Shown in pieces: positions 35,513 to 45,532 of a DNA stretch of 64,000 nucleotides. The number at the start of each line of letters is the position of its first letter. Position 1 is the stretch's first letter. A program made the translations under genes and the position numbers. Source of the DNA: Clostridia bacterium (GTDB lineage Bacteria > Bacillota > Clostridia > Peptostreptococcales > JAAYPU01); the NCBI GenBank assembly GCA_016278615.1, contig JADQBM010000013.1, positions 2,607 to 66,606 of the forward strand, read 5' to 3'. Under the pieces are notes generated by a model. It ran no database searches. It was not told where the DNA came from and was given only the letters and a program-made list of their open reading frames with translations.

Positions 35513-36763
35513 TTATCCCTTCATCATCTTTTCCATATCCACTTCATCTTTACTGACCACTGCTGCGGAATACCCTTTCAAATCCGTCACTAAATCAATG
35601 ACTTCCTTCATATCATTTGGTGTTACTTTATTTATAAAGTCAATAATATCATCAGGGGTATAGACTCTGCCTAAAAGAAGCTGAGACTTTCCAATAGAAG
35701 CCATTCTTCCGCTGATGCTTTCTAAGTTTAAAATATAATTCCCTTTCAACTGTTCCTTCGCAGTACTCAATTCCTCTTCTGACACACCCTTTTGTCTGAG
35801 GACATTAACTTCTTCTATCATTAACTTGGATGCTTCTGATAGTTGCTTGGGATTGACCCCTGCATATATGGCAAATACCCCATCTTTAACATATGATGTT
35901 GTATAGGAGTACACCGAATATGCCAATCCTTTTTCTTCTCTAATTTTTTGAAAAAGTCTTGAGCTCATGCTTCCTCCCATAATATTGCTCAAAATAGATA
36001 AAGCATAATACTTTTCATCATCTAAGGGAATGCCCTTAATGCCCATGCAAAGATGCGCTTGCTCAATATCTTTTCTTTTTGCTTTTAATTTCGGGTGATA
36101 AACTGGGATTTCAACATGATGTCGCTGTTTTTTAATACTATGAGATAATATTTCCTTTTCAAGGAGTTCAATTATATAATCCTCGTCAAGATTCCCAGCT
36201 ACAGAAATGATAATATTATCCATTGAATAATTTTCCTTCATATAATCCATTATCATCTCTCGCGTAAAAGATTTGATTGTTTCTTGAGATCCGATAATGG
36301 GTCGTGCAAGAGGATGTCCATCAAAAACAATTTCTGAAAGCAGATCATGAACAGTGTCCTCAGGAGAATCATCATACATATTAATCTCTTCATAAACCAC
36401 CGCTTTTTCTTTTAACATTTCATTGTCATCAAATTTCGAATTCAAAAGCATATCCATAAGAACTTCTATGCCCTCTTCAACATGGGTATCCAATACCTTA
36501 ACATAGTAACAAGTACTTTCTTTTCCTGTAAATGCATTGATCTGCCCACCAATTTTATCTATATCCCCAGCAATATCCTTTGCCGTTCTTTTTTGGGTAC
36601 CTTTGAACAGCATATGCTCAATAAAATGAGAAATGCCATTCGTTTTCTCGTCCTCATTTACGGAGCCTGTCCTAACCCAAATCCCTATAGATACGGAACG
36701 TACATACGGTACTTTTTCCATAACCAATTCTATTCCATTACTTAAATTTCTTTTAATTATCAT
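35513..36763 (-). CDS. M16 family zinc peptidase (MlpA/YmxG-like)
   Basis: 416 aa. HFIEH (HxxEH) inverted zincin motif. Confidence 0.9.
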   Translation of the reverse strand: MIIKRNLSNGIELVMEKVPYVRSVSIGIWVRTGSVNEDEKTNGISHFIEHMLFKGTQKRTAKDIAGDIDKIGGQINAFTGKESTCYYVKVLDTHVEEGIEVLMDMLLNSKFDDNEMLKEKAVVYEEINMYDDSPEDTVHDLLSEIVFDGHPLARPIIGSQETIKSFTREMIMDYMKENYSMDNIIISVAGNLDEDYIIELLEKEILSHSIKKQRHHVEIPVYHPKLKAKRKDIEQAHLCMGIKGIPLDDEKYYALSILSNIMGGSMSSRLFQKIREEKGLAYSVYSYTTSYVKDGVFAIYAGVNPKQLSEASKLMIEEVNVLRQKGVSEEELSTAKEQLKGNYILNLESISGRMASIGKSQLLLGRVYTPDDIIDFINKVTPNDMKEVIDLVTDLKGYSAAVVSKDEVDMEKMMKG

Positions 36764-36826
36764 TTATCGTCCTCCAAATATTCATAGCAATATGGACATT
36801 ATATAAAAACACATATCTTTCTGCAA

Positions 36827-37525
36827 CTATTGCTGCTCTATTAATTTACCCACTGGAACAATTTCCACACCTTGAGAATTAATAAAATTGATAATTTCCG
36901 GTAATGCTTTTACTGTTTCTGGTTTTGGATGCATCAAGACAATCGCACCATTGAGTGGCTTTTCTATTACCCTTTTTTTGATTTTATCGGCTGTGGAGTC
37001 TGCTTTCCAATCAATAGTATCCACAGACCAAAGTATCAATTTATATCCCAATTCGTCACAAATTTTAACGGTCTCTTCGTTATAATCACCAGAGGGTGGC
37101 GCAAAGAGGATTGTATCCACTCCTGTTAGATTTCTTACAACTTCTTCTGTGGACCTTATTTCATTGATTACCGTTTCTGAATCAATCTGACTACTTAATT
37201 TGTGTCCATATCCGTGGTTTCCAATTTCATGGCCTCTTAAATACATTTCCCTTAATAAATGTGGATTTTTTTCAGCCCAATTACCTGTTACAAAAAAAGT
37301 GATTTTAGTACTATTTTCATTAAAGATTTTAAACATGCTCGGGAGTATCTCACTGCCCCAATCTACATTACATGCCAAAGCGATCTTATTTTTTTCAACG
37401 TCCCCATTTCTTATGACATTTCCCGTTGTCGATATAAGATTTAGTTGATTATATTCTCCTGCTGAAAACAAAACTGCAATAAGAATGATGCATATAAAAA
37501 ACATTAAAGTGAAAGACCTCTTCAT
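36827..37525 (-). CDS. polysaccharide deacetylase family protein (YlxY/PdaB-like)
   Basis: 232 aa. Signal/TM anchor. NodB blocks TFFVTG and GNHGYGH. Confidence 0.85.
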   Translation of the reverse strand: MKRSFTLMFFICIILIAVLFSAGEYNQLNLISTTGNVIRNGDVEKNKIALACNVDWGSEILPSMFKIFNENSTKITFFVTGNWAEKNPHLLREMYLRGHEIGNHGYGHKLSSQIDSETVINEIRSTEEVVRNLTGVDTILFAPPSGDYNEETVKICDELGYKLILWSVDTIDWKADSTADKIKKRVIEKPLNGAIVLMHPKPETVKALPEIINFINSQGVEIVPVGKLIEQQ

Positions 37526-37893
37526 AATACCACCCCTATATATATATTTTCATAAGGGGGTCTTTATAACTAATAACTCATAAATGATTATGTCTTTACG
37601 TTAAAAATCAATATTCTGGTAGTAAATTCGTTTAGTAATAATAGCAAATTAAAAGTATATTTTTTGCTAATAAGTAAAATCATTAATTGTTTCACTTATT
37701 AAAATAAAAAACATGCTTACCTATACTATAAATAGATAAACATGCTCATATCTTCGTTATTAACTCCCAAACGAAAGAGCAGTAATCCCTACATTATATG
37801 TCTAAAGATCATTTAGATCTTTCTCTACCACACCTTTTCTTAATAATATTGGATTTTAATAAACGTTAAATTAATTTAAAAGCAATAGAACTT

Positions 37894-38400
37894 TCAGCCA
37901 TTATAAATACCTTTAAGAATAGCCTTACTCAAGATTTTTCCTTCCATAGCCTTCCGTAATTCGTTAAAGTAAAAACCATTCTTTAATTCTAAAAATGTGT
38001 CAAGCGCATAAATACATATTTCATACTCATGTGGTTGGTTAGGCGCAGGTCCGCCATAAAAGTTGGTTATCGAATCATCTAAACCGTAATCACCTAATGG
38101 CGTCATCCAACTGTTTTTCCCTTGAATTAAATTTGGATTACTTCTACTCTCATTTTCTTGTAAACTCATTTTTCCCTTAGGGATATTAGCCACCAACCAA
38201 TGAATCCAACTAAATCCCTCCTCAGGAATATCATCATAATCTTGAAAAACCAATGCATATGACACAGTATCTTCAGGTGGATTTTCCCAATCTAGGGGAA
38301 AAGAAATTTGAGGAACGCCCTGTATGACTCGATTAGAGGACTTCCCATATTTTTTATCTATATATCCATTTGTGATTCCTGTACTATTTAACTTAAACAT
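37894..38400 (-). CDS. YbhB/YbcL family (PEBP / Raf-kinase-inhibitor-like) protein
   Basis: 168 aa. FSWIHWLVANIP and YGGPAPNQPHEYE blocks. Confidence 0.85.
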   Translation of the reverse strand: MFKLNSTGITNGYIDKKYGKSSNRVIQGVPQISFPLDWENPPEDTVSYALVFQDYDDIPEEGFSWIHWLVANIPKGKMSLQENESRSNPNLIQGKNSWMTPLGDYGLDDSITNFYGGPAPNQPHEYEICIYALDTFLELKNGFYFNELRKAMEGKILSKAILKGIYNG

Positions 38401-38460
38401 CGTATCATCTCCATCTCATAAAAATATAACCTTAGATAACCGTTAATAAAAAAATATGAT

Positions 38461-38814
38461 TTATTTATTTAAAATAAATGGTTCTGATTTTATCAATCTA
38501 GCTGCATTTTTACCAATGGTTCTATAAAGCGAAGTGGGTTTATTGAGCGTCTCGTACTTCAATACAGGGAATTTTTCTTTCATGTTTTTATTGTGAATTA
38601 CAATTTCTTTATTATCAACGGCTACAGCAATGCCTAATTTACTTTTTTTTGAATTTTTAAATGCTGTGCTTGTTACATCTTCTATTTGCATTTCGATAAT
38701 TGAAAACAAGATACCTTCTTCTTCTATTCCAAGTGATATTTGATGTGCAATATCTAATAATTTTTGGTTAGTATCATGGACAATTATGATACAGGGTCTA
38801 CTTAATTCTTCCAT
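38461..38814 (-). CDS. glycerol/diol dehydratase reactivase small (beta) subunit
   Basis: 117 aa. Overlaps the large reactivase gene by 17 nt. DdrB/PduH size and position. Confidence 0.8.
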   Translation of the reverse strand: MEELSRPCIIIVHDTNQKLLDIAHQISLGIEEEGILFSIIEMQIEDVTSTAFKNSKKSKLGIAVAVDNKEIVIHNKNMKEKFPVLKYETLNKPTSLYRTIGKNAARLIKSEPFILNK

Positions 38815-40633
38815 TTGTTATCTCCTCAAAGTAGGATAATAAGAGCCCTGTAGCTACAGCATTTCTAGGACCCTGAGTTCCACGAACATTTCCTCTTCCA
38901 GCTACTATTCCATAGATAGATAGGGTATCTGTTACCATATTGGGTAATTCAAAATCTAAAGATGAACCACCTACAAGTACCACATGTTCAAAATCTCTAA
39001 TATTTCCTGTAATTGAAATTTTCTTAAGAGCACGGATAATATTTTGTATAAACACTTTATTTTTTATCTCCTGCCTGACCATGCGGATCTTTTCCATGTT
39101 AATTTTTAAAGGAATGGGTATCATTCGATCAGGTCTTAAAATTACAACTCTTGCAAAATATTTCGGTTCCATTGGTTCGTTAAAAAACTGCACACTACCA
39201 TCCTCATGGCGTATATGAAATAATGACTCAACTTTTGCTAAAGGATACTTTTTTATATCTTCAGCTAAAAATATGTCATCTAGTCCAAGTTCTAAATTAA
39301 TTAGCAAAGACACCATATCACCAGCCCCTGCCAAATGTACAGATTTTGTTTGACCATCATGACTCATAAAGCAAGCATCGGTGGAACCCGCTCCAATATC
39401 TACAATTGCCATTGGTCTATTCGTACCAGGAGTTGTCAGCGCACCTTTCATGGCCATATCTCCTTCTATTCCACCAATTTGAACCTTGATTCCACTCCTT
39501 TCAGAAAGTTGGTGAGCTAATTTCTTCATCAATAACCTCTGAGTTTTAACCATAGCCGCAATACCCACACCATTTTCCATGGAGAATTCGTTGGAGACTC
39601 TTCCTTCTATTGCCTTTGGTATTAAAGTATCGACAGCTACAATATCTTTAATATGTACCGTTTTAATTTCTTGTTCAGTTATATCCGCCATCCTTATTCT
39701 AATACTTTCAAACATGCCTCCTACATTAGTTCCTGTTTTTCCTTTTATGTCTTTAATCTCACCTGCTTTTTCAATATTCTCCATAATCTTTTCAGCACCC
39801 TCTGCTGCGTTAACTGATAAATTTCTTTTTTCTCCTAAAATAATAATCTCACCTGCGGGAATCTTCCTTCTTTCTATGTTTCCTAAAGGTGTTTTAATAA
39901 CCACTGCTGACCGATTACCTATTAGTGCTTTAGCCATACAAACCACATGTTTTGTTTCATCAGAGTCTAGTTTAAAAACTGTTGCAATTCCATAGGGGTT
40001 AGAGAGACTTTCAATATATCTTCCTGCTGGTGCTACTTCTACTGCGCATTCCATTCCAATTGGAACTTTTTCAATATACCTGACTTCATCTATAATGGGA
40101 ATTTGCTTGGATATCCTATTACTAATTAAGACACCTTCATCATTTTTTACAATAGCACCTTCTATTTTATAACCCTTTTCTAAATATTCGTTAATTTTTT
40201 TAGAAGCAATAATAAAATCATATTCTTCAGGAATGACAAGTATATATTTCTTATTTAAAAGGATGCCTGATATATTTTGAATTAAAACGGTCTCTCCAAA
40301 TCCAAAACCAATCCCACCTGGGGTATCCGGATTGTGACCGATAATAGAAGAGTCAGTAATGATAGTCTCAGAAATATTATCCATCGCAAAATCACCTATA
40401 ACAGGAGTCGCTTCATTCATTGTAATCATCTTTATGTCATCAATATTAATAGGAATTTTTTTTGCTGCAGTTTTAATAGAATTAATGATACCAATAACAT
40501 TTCGCGTTGTTCCTTTAATTCCTGTTGTCTTAGTAATATCACTGGAACAAAAGACCAAACGTCCATTTTCTATTTTACCTATTACAGTTTCAGTAGTAGC
40601 ATTTCCTATATCTATCCCAGCAATATAATCCAT
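38798..40633 (-). CDS. glycerol/diol dehydratase reactivase large (alpha, ATPase) subunit
   Basis: 611 aa. N-terminus MDYIAGIDIGNATTE as in DdrA/PduG (actin-fold ATPase). Confidence 0.9.
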   Translation of the reverse strand: MDYIAGIDIGNATTETVIGKIENGRLVFCSSDITKTTGIKGTTRNVIGIINSIKTAAKKIPINIDDIKMITMNEATPVIGDFAMDNISETIITDSSIIGHNPDTPGGIGFGFGETVLIQNISGILLNKKYILVIPEEYDFIIASKKINEYLEKGYKIEGAIVKNDEGVLISNRISKQIPIIDEVRYIEKVPIGMECAVEVAPAGRYIESLSNPYGIATVFKLDSDETKHVVCMAKALIGNRSAVVIKTPLGNIERRKIPAGEIIILGEKRNLSVNAAEGAEKIMENIEKAGEIKDIKGKTGTNVGGMFESIRIRMADITEQEIKTVHIKDIVAVDTLIPKAIEGRVSNEFSMENGVGIAAMVKTQRLLMKKLAHQLSERSGIKVQIGGIEGDMAMKGALTTPGTNRPMAIVDIGAGSTDACFMSHDGQTKSVHLAGAGDMVSLLINLELGLDDIFLAEDIKKYPLAKVESLFHIRHEDGSVQFFNEPMEPKYFARVVILRPDRMIPIPLKINMEKIRMVRQEIKNKVFIQNIIRALKKISITGNIRDFEHVVLVGGSSLDFELPNMVTDTLSIYGIVAGRGNVRGTQGPRNAVATGLLLSYFEEITNGRIK

Positions 40634-40680
40634 ATATATTCACCTTTCAAAATCATTTAAAGCAATGAAGCCAAATAATA

Positions 40681-41106
40681 TTATTCTATTCTAAACATTT
40701 CTCTTTTCTCATATATCTCTACTGTTTCCCTTAAAAAACCTGCATTGATTTTTGCATCATAACTTTTTACAAGTTCATCTGCAACTTCTAACAGTTCCTC
40801 CTTTGTGGACCTATACGGCCGCATAGTATTATAAATTTCTAAAATACGTTTATCTGGAATTTTGGTTAATTCCGCTGCTCTTCTAAAATTATTAGCAATC
40901 TGCCAATAACCAGCAGAATCTGCAATTTGTGCTTGATATTCTAAGGTTTGAGCACTAATTCTACAGTCTTCAGGATTAATTTTATCTGATAATATGTTTT
41001 CAATACTTATTTCATTGATACTTTTTCCCGTAGGCGTAAAAATAACTTCAGGTCTTTTATTTAACAATGGATAGTCTTTTTTTGCATCAAGTCGAGTTGT
41101 CATCAA
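40681..41106 (-). CDS. B12-dependent glycerol/diol dehydratase small (gamma) subunit
   Basis: 141 aa. Overlaps the medium-subunit gene by 4 nt. [14 protein letters not shown]...NFRRAAEL block. Confidence 0.9.
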   Translation of the reverse strand: MMTTRLDAKKDYPLLNKRPEVIFTPTGKSINEISIENILSDKINPEDCRISAQTLEYQAQIADSAGYWQIANNFRRAAELTKIPDKRILEIYNTMRPYRSTKEELLEVADELVKSYDAKINAGFLRETVEIYEKREMFRIE

Positions 41107-41693
41107 TGTATCCCTCCTTCTTCTACTATAATATCAATCTCTACAGGTTTCTTTCCTTTTATTATTTGTTCGGTTTCTTTTATGTGTAAAAGAGCTGACT
41201 TAACCTGATATTTTGAAGGGGACATATAATCATTTAAAATATCTATTGGATTTGGTATTTCACCTTTTGCATATTTTGCTGCATTTTTACCGATTTGTCT
41301 ATATATTTTTTCATCATAAAGTGGAGATTGAGGAAATAATTCAAGATTATCTAAAGGGACTAAGTCTTTTTGGTGAATAACAGTTGTTCCTCTGGATTGA
41401 ATTCCAATACTAATACCTGAGCCACTGAGTTTAGAGCCAATACTTGAAATAACTGCTAAATCAGATGAATGATATACTTTGACATATCTTACCTTAAGAC
41501 CTTCTTCTTCAATTCCAGCTGTTAATTCCTTAATAACGCTAACATGAGGAATTCCAACTATGGTTTCTTTTAATCTCCTCCCAAAAGCTGGCGAAAGTGC
41601 AATTACAACCTCGTCCTGAAAATATGAGGGCTTAAATTCTTCTTTTTCTTTAAATATATAAATACTGCTTTTCTCCATGTGATTGTTTGTCAT
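41103..41693 (-). CDS. B12-dependent glycerol/diol dehydratase medium (beta) subunit
   Basis: 196 aa. Cobalamin-binding-subunit length as in glycerol dehydratase. No long N-terminal extension of the microcompartment-targeting type. Confidence 0.9.
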   Translation of the reverse strand: MTNNHMEKSSIYIFKEKEEFKPSYFQDEVVIALSPAFGRRLKETIVGIPHVSVIKELTAGIEEEGLKVRYVKVYHSSDLAVISSIGSKLSGSGISIGIQSRGTTVIHQKDLVPLDNLELFPQSPLYDEKIYRQIGKNAAKYAKGEIPNPIDILNDYMSPSKYQVKSALLHIKETEQIIKGKKPVEIDIIVEEGGIH

Positions 41694-41713
41694 ATAGCAA
41701 ATACCTTCTTTCT

Positions 41714-43378
41714 TTAAAAATTTTCAGGATTTAGTGCATTTTCTTTTAGTTTTATTTCGTCCCAGCGATCTGATTTGATTACATAACCGGTACCTGGTCC
41801 CATATAATCATTCTTATCATTAATAGCACTCATGACTTCATATTTTTCATTAAAGATTGCTGACGTATGAAGATAATCACCTATCACCCTTTGTTTAAGA
41901 AGATTTAAAACTCTTTCAGCAATTTCCTCATATCCATTATCATATAATGCTTTTACAATATCAAATCCTGTAATGTTATCAGACATTAATTGTGATGCTG
42001 CTCTCATGTCTTCAACCTTATTTCTTTTGGGCATATCTTTACATGAATAGGCATATACGGCTGCTTCTACTTCTTCATCGGTAACTTCAGGTAGTCCAAG
42101 TGCTGAAAATACAGTTTGACATACTTTTGCAGCTTTATTCCTTATATAAATGGCCTCATCCTCCCGAATTGGCTTTATGCCTCCATCTACTTTCATATCT
42201 CTCTGGAGCGTATAAAAATCATCATAATCATCACAGTCAGTATTAGATCCTGCAAAAACATTATCACAATTGGGAATACCTCCATAGCCAGAGGTTATAA
42301 AATCTGTTCCGGGAATCAATTGCATTGCAAGCTTTACACCCCTTCTAATGTCAGAATGTGTAAAGGCTGTATCATTACCCGATGCTACTTCAATGCCCAG
42401 CATAGAAGCAATCAGGTTCTCTGCGGCAATGGTTCGAAACCCATTTGGCAAAGCTACGACCAAAGGACTACAATTAATTGAGCCATTCTGAGTCCCTTGA
42501 ACACCACACGCCTTTGTAAGAAACAAACACTTGGACTCCAAATATAGCATTGATTTTCCTTCTGAATTACCCATCAATACCTCAGAGCCTGTTCCGGAAG
42601 TAAATCGCATTTTAATTCCTCTTGAAGCATAGGCTGAAGCAAGAAAAGCCTTGGACCATGGGGTATCTCCTCCATCCAACAACACAGCCTCTGTACCATA
42701 AACTGACAATGTTTCTGCATAAGAAGTAAAGCCTCTCATACCCAATTCAAGTTCCGTGGCCTCTTCCATAGAGCATTGGTTCAGAACGCCTGCACGTCCT
42801 GTTTGAGCACCTAATAATAATGCAATAGCATTAAAAGGGGCATATCTTGCAACTGCACAGGTGGTCTCCACCTCTGAAAAACCTCTATATGCTGCTTCCG
42901 CGGCATCTGCTGCAATCAAAACAGGATTATCTTCTATATTTGTTGCATGGGCTTGATTCGCTGGGGTTTTCCTTGCACGCATTTTTGTCTGTGCCATCAT
43001 AATCTCTAAAGTATTCAAATGACTAACTATTTCAACTAATTTTGCTGGAGTTGAAGCTGTAGATATTTTTACAATTTCTTCTCTTGGCACATTTATGTCC
43101 ACCATCATTCGAGCCACGGTTAAAGAATCTATTGCCATGGCTTCCTCAGTAAAATCTATATTGATACCATAATCAGAGATGAAAAAATCTATTGAATCAA
43201 AGGTTTCCCTTTTCTTTCCATCAAGTTCAACAATTTTTCCATTTAGGACTTTAATATTCGGTTTGGGGTCATTAGGGGATTCCATTGCTATGAGTCCTAC
43301 TTCAGTCCACTCTTTAGAGAACCCATCCATATTAATTGGACGGTTTTCAAGCATTTCAAATCGTTTCGATCTTTTCAT
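41714..43378 (-). CDS. B12-dependent glycerol/diol dehydratase large (alpha) subunit
   Basis: 554 aa, colinear with PduC/DhaB1 as I remember it (MKRSKRFE..., [48 protein letters not shown]). The catalytic and Ca-site residues appear conserved. Confidence 0.95.
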   Translation of the reverse strand: MKRSKRFEMLENRPINMDGFSKEWTEVGLIAMESPNDPKPNIKVLNGKIVELDGKKRETFDSIDFFISDYGINIDFTEEAMAIDSLTVARMMVDINVPREEIVKISTASTPAKLVEIVSHLNTLEIMMAQTKMRARKTPANQAHATNIEDNPVLIAADAAEAAYRGFSEVETTCAVARYAPFNAIALLLGAQTGRAGVLNQCSMEEATELELGMRGFTSYAETLSVYGTEAVLLDGGDTPWSKAFLASAYASRGIKMRFTSGTGSEVLMGNSEGKSMLYLESKCLFLTKACGVQGTQNGSINCSPLVVALPNGFRTIAAENLIASMLGIEVASGNDTAFTHSDIRRGVKLAMQLIPGTDFITSGYGGIPNCDNVFAGSNTDCDDYDDFYTLQRDMKVDGGIKPIREDEAIYIRNKAAKVCQTVFSALGLPEVTDEEVEAAVYAYSCKDMPKRNKVEDMRAASQLMSDNITGFDIVKALYDNGYEEIAERVLNLLKQRVIGDYLHTSAIFNEKYEVMSAINDKNDYMGPGTGYVIKSDRWDEIKLKENALNPENF

Positions 43379-43429
43379 CTTGTCCTCCCTTGATAAAATG
43401 CTTTATAAATGCTTCAAAGTTTTAATTAA

Positions 43430-43463
43430 TTAGCATCTGCTATCTATATATAACAGATGCTAA
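43430..43463 (-). other. 10-bp stem hairpin TTAGCATCTG-(14 nt)-CAGATGCTAA between the tiny ORFs and the dehydratase genes
   Basis: Read directly. No clear U-tract, so it could be a terminator, attenuator or processing site. Confidence 0.4.
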
Positions 43464-43480
43464 TTTTCTTATCTTTCCTT

Positions 43481-43645
43481 TTACTCTTCTAATGTTGTGA
43501 CATCGTAACTTTCATCATCATCTTCCAAAAGACCTTTTTGTGCTTTGAACATGATAATAGTTGTTATGATAACAACACCAAGAAGTGAACAAAGTACTTT
43601 TAGAACGCTGATTCCACCAGCAATTATTGTTGCATCATCTACCAT
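43481..43645 (-). CDS. 54-aa single-pass membrane protein with an acidic tail
   Basis: Not in the track. RBS AAGGAGTGAAAACT before the ATG. MVDDATIIAGGISVLKVLCSLLGVVIITTIIMFKAQKGLLEDDDESYDVTTLEE. Confidence 0.5.
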   Translation of the reverse strand: MVDDATIIAGGISVLKVLCSLLGVVIITTIIMFKAQKGLLEDDDESYDVTTLEE

Positions 43646-43697
43646 AGTTTTCACTCCTTTATTATGTTTTTAAGTAGCAATTTCATAATTCTTCATA

Positions 43698-43835
43698 CTA
43701 CTGATGTTCCTTCCTTCTTTTTATACCTTTAACCATTGCGGGCAAAGCCATTGGTGCAACAAAGAAGAAAAGAATACACCAGATTAAGATGAGTACTATA
43801 AAACATAAAGCAATTATTAATCCTGCCATAATCAT
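43698..43835 (-). CDS. 45-aa single-pass membrane protein with a basic tail
   Basis: Not in the track. RBS GGTGG. Starts 21 nt after the permease stop. MIMAGLIIALCFIVLILIWCILFFFVAPMALPAMVKGIKRRKEHQ. Confidence 0.45.
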   Translation of the reverse strand: MIMAGLIIALCFIVLILIWCILFFFVAPMALPAMVKGIKRRKEHQ

Positions 43836-43856
43836 TCCACCTTTTTTATATTTTTA

Positions 43857-45281
43857 TTAAACAGGCAAACCGAAGAAATGTTTTTTATCCTTGTCGATTG
43901 ATTCAATATATTCGGTTCGTTTTTTATCATAATAGAAATAACAAATGACTCCGAGTAATATTACTGCTCCCAAGAAGTACCACACTGTTAGTGGCACTGT
44001 TTTGACCTGATAGTAAAACATGTACGCTGCCCAAACACTTGCAATAATATTAATAATCGGATAGAAAGGTGTTTTAACCGGTCGGATAATGTCTGGCTCT
44101 TTTTTCCTTAATATCATATGAGATATAGGAATTAAAATATACATAAACATTGCAGCCATAACTAAAGCAAAAGCATAGCTGACAATTTCACGCTGAATTG
44201 AACCTAAAATACCTAAAGCGAAGCATAGCACGATGCTTGCAACCGGAGTTTTAAATTTTGGATGCAAATAAGAGAAAACTTTTGGTAATCTTTTATCACG
44301 TCCCAAAACATAGATGGAACGGGTAAATCCAGTAATAGCCGATAAGCATGTGGCAAAAGCACTTAATATAGAAGCACCTAATATAAACTTGACAACCGAT
44401 TTAGGCAATAGATCCGGTGCCATTTGCATTGCTGCAGCAGGAATATTTAATTCTGTTCCAGACATGGTCGTCCAAACAGAATAAGGAATAATAGCAACCA
44501 TGCCTAAGGCACATAATATCTGGACAGTACCCATACCCATACTTCCCATTGTTTGAATATATCCTAATCTAGCACGACTTGATTTAATTTCCTCTGCAAG
44601 CATTGGAACAATTTCAAAACCAACCATATACGTAATGGTCAAACCAGCTAATGCAAAGAATCCCCCAAGCTTAGCATCAAAAGTTGGAAATAGGAAGTCA
44701 CTGTTCATATTTGTTGCAGCAAGTGCCAAAAATTGTGCCGGATCTCTTACCATAGGAACAACAACTAATAATGTAGTTCCAGTAATTGCAACAATACTCA
44801 TGAACACTTGTACCATTGTTGAAAACAAAATGCCACGGAACACGATAAGATGGAAAAGTATCGCCACGATGATGCTCCAAATAGTAGATGAAATCTGTAT
44901 TTCTGGAAATATCCAATTAAGATAAGCACCGGCTACAGATAAATTAAGTGGGATCCAGAATGCAAAGTTAAATGCATAAACAAAAAATACTATAAATCCA
45001 GGAAATTTTCCAAATGCACGGGAGATAAATACATATTGACCACCTGAATAAGGAAAAGTACTTACAAGCTCCCAATATACTAACGACATAATTATAACAA
45101 AAATCATGGCACCTAAATAGCCATATACCGTTAGTGGTCCACCATTTTCAACTATGAATGAGTTTGTAATATAAAAATCTCCACCTGTTACACCGCCAAT
45201 TAACCAGGGAATCAACATCCACCATGGTACTGAACGGGATAATTGCTGACTTTCTAGTGAAACTCTATTGTCATTTGACAT
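43857..45281 (-). CDS. APC superfamily amino-acid/polyamine permease
   Basis: About 474 aa, 12 TM. Start moved to ATG 45281, preceded by AAGGAGGA. The track start is a TTG. Confidence 0.85.
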   Translation of the reverse strand: MSNDNRVSLESQQLSRSVPWWMLIPWLIGGVTGGDFYITNSFIVENGGPLTVYGYLGAMIFVIIMSLVYWELVSTFPYSGGQYVFISRAFGKFPGFIVFFVYAFNFAFWIPLNLSVAGAYLNWIFPEIQISSTIWSIIVAILFHLIVFRGILFSTMVQVFMSIVAITGTTLLVVVPMVRDPAQFLALAATNMNSDFLFPTFDAKLGGFFALAGLTITYMVGFEIVPMLAEEIKSSRARLGYIQTMGSMGMGTVQILCALGMVAIIPYSVWTTMSGTELNIPAAAMQMAPDLLPKSVVKFILGASILSAFATCLSAITGFTRSIYVLGRDKRLPKVFSYLHPKFKTPVASIVLCFALGILGSIQREIVSYAFALVMAAMFMYILIPISHMILRKKEPDIIRPVKTPFYPIINIIASVWAAYMFYYQVKTVPLTVWYFLGAVILLGVICYFYYDKKRTEYIESIDKDKKHFFGLPV

Positions 45282-45356
45282 GTGCAATCCTCCTTAAAAA
45301 ATTTAGATTAAAAATAGTATTAATCCTCCTTTCTTATTTTTACATATTGTAGTATG

Positions 45357-45372
45357 AGCAAATTTCATGCCA
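45357..45372 (-). promoter_or_regulatory. sigma-54 promoter TGGCAT-gaaat-TTGCT upstream of the permease gene
   Basis: Reverse complement of agcaaatttcatgcca. 10-nt GG-GC spacing. About 75 nt upstream of the start. Confidence 0.8.
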
Positions 45373-45424
45373 TTATTAAAAACGGGGTTGTTTCTTTATT
45401 TTCTTTGTCAGCCAATAAAACTAT

Positions 45425-45470
45425 GTGCATTATTAAAACACTTGTCAAAAGTAGTGTTTTAATAATGCAC
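45425..45470. promoter_or_regulatory. perfect 17-bp-arm palindrome GTGCATTATTAAAACAC-(12 nt)-GTGTTTTAATAATGCAC
   Basis: Read directly. Lies 53-98 nt upstream of the sigma-54 promoter and 63 nt downstream of the amidohydrolase stop, so it is a candidate enhancer (UAS), a terminator, or both. Confidence 0.5.
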
Positions 45471-45532
45471 ATACTATAAAGAACTTTTATCATTAGAGTG
45501 CCATGTCTAATAATGCTACACTTTTTAAAAGT

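Noticed and set aside
34976-35663. Track ORFs 34976..35278(-), 35028..35231(+), 35076..35327(-), 35337..35663(+)
   Set aside because: They are translations of the heptamer, hexamer and 29-bp repeats (for example YTYTSTYTYTYTYTY). They overlap each other on both strands and lack RBSs, and 35337..35663 runs antisense into the M16 gene.
37894-43378. pdu/grp-type bacterial microcompartment locus
   Set aside because: No BMC-H/BMC-P shell ORFs (about 90-aa PduA/PduN-like) occur anywhere in the window, and there are no phosphotransacylase or aldehyde dehydrogenase genes. The medium subunit lacks a long N-terminal extension.
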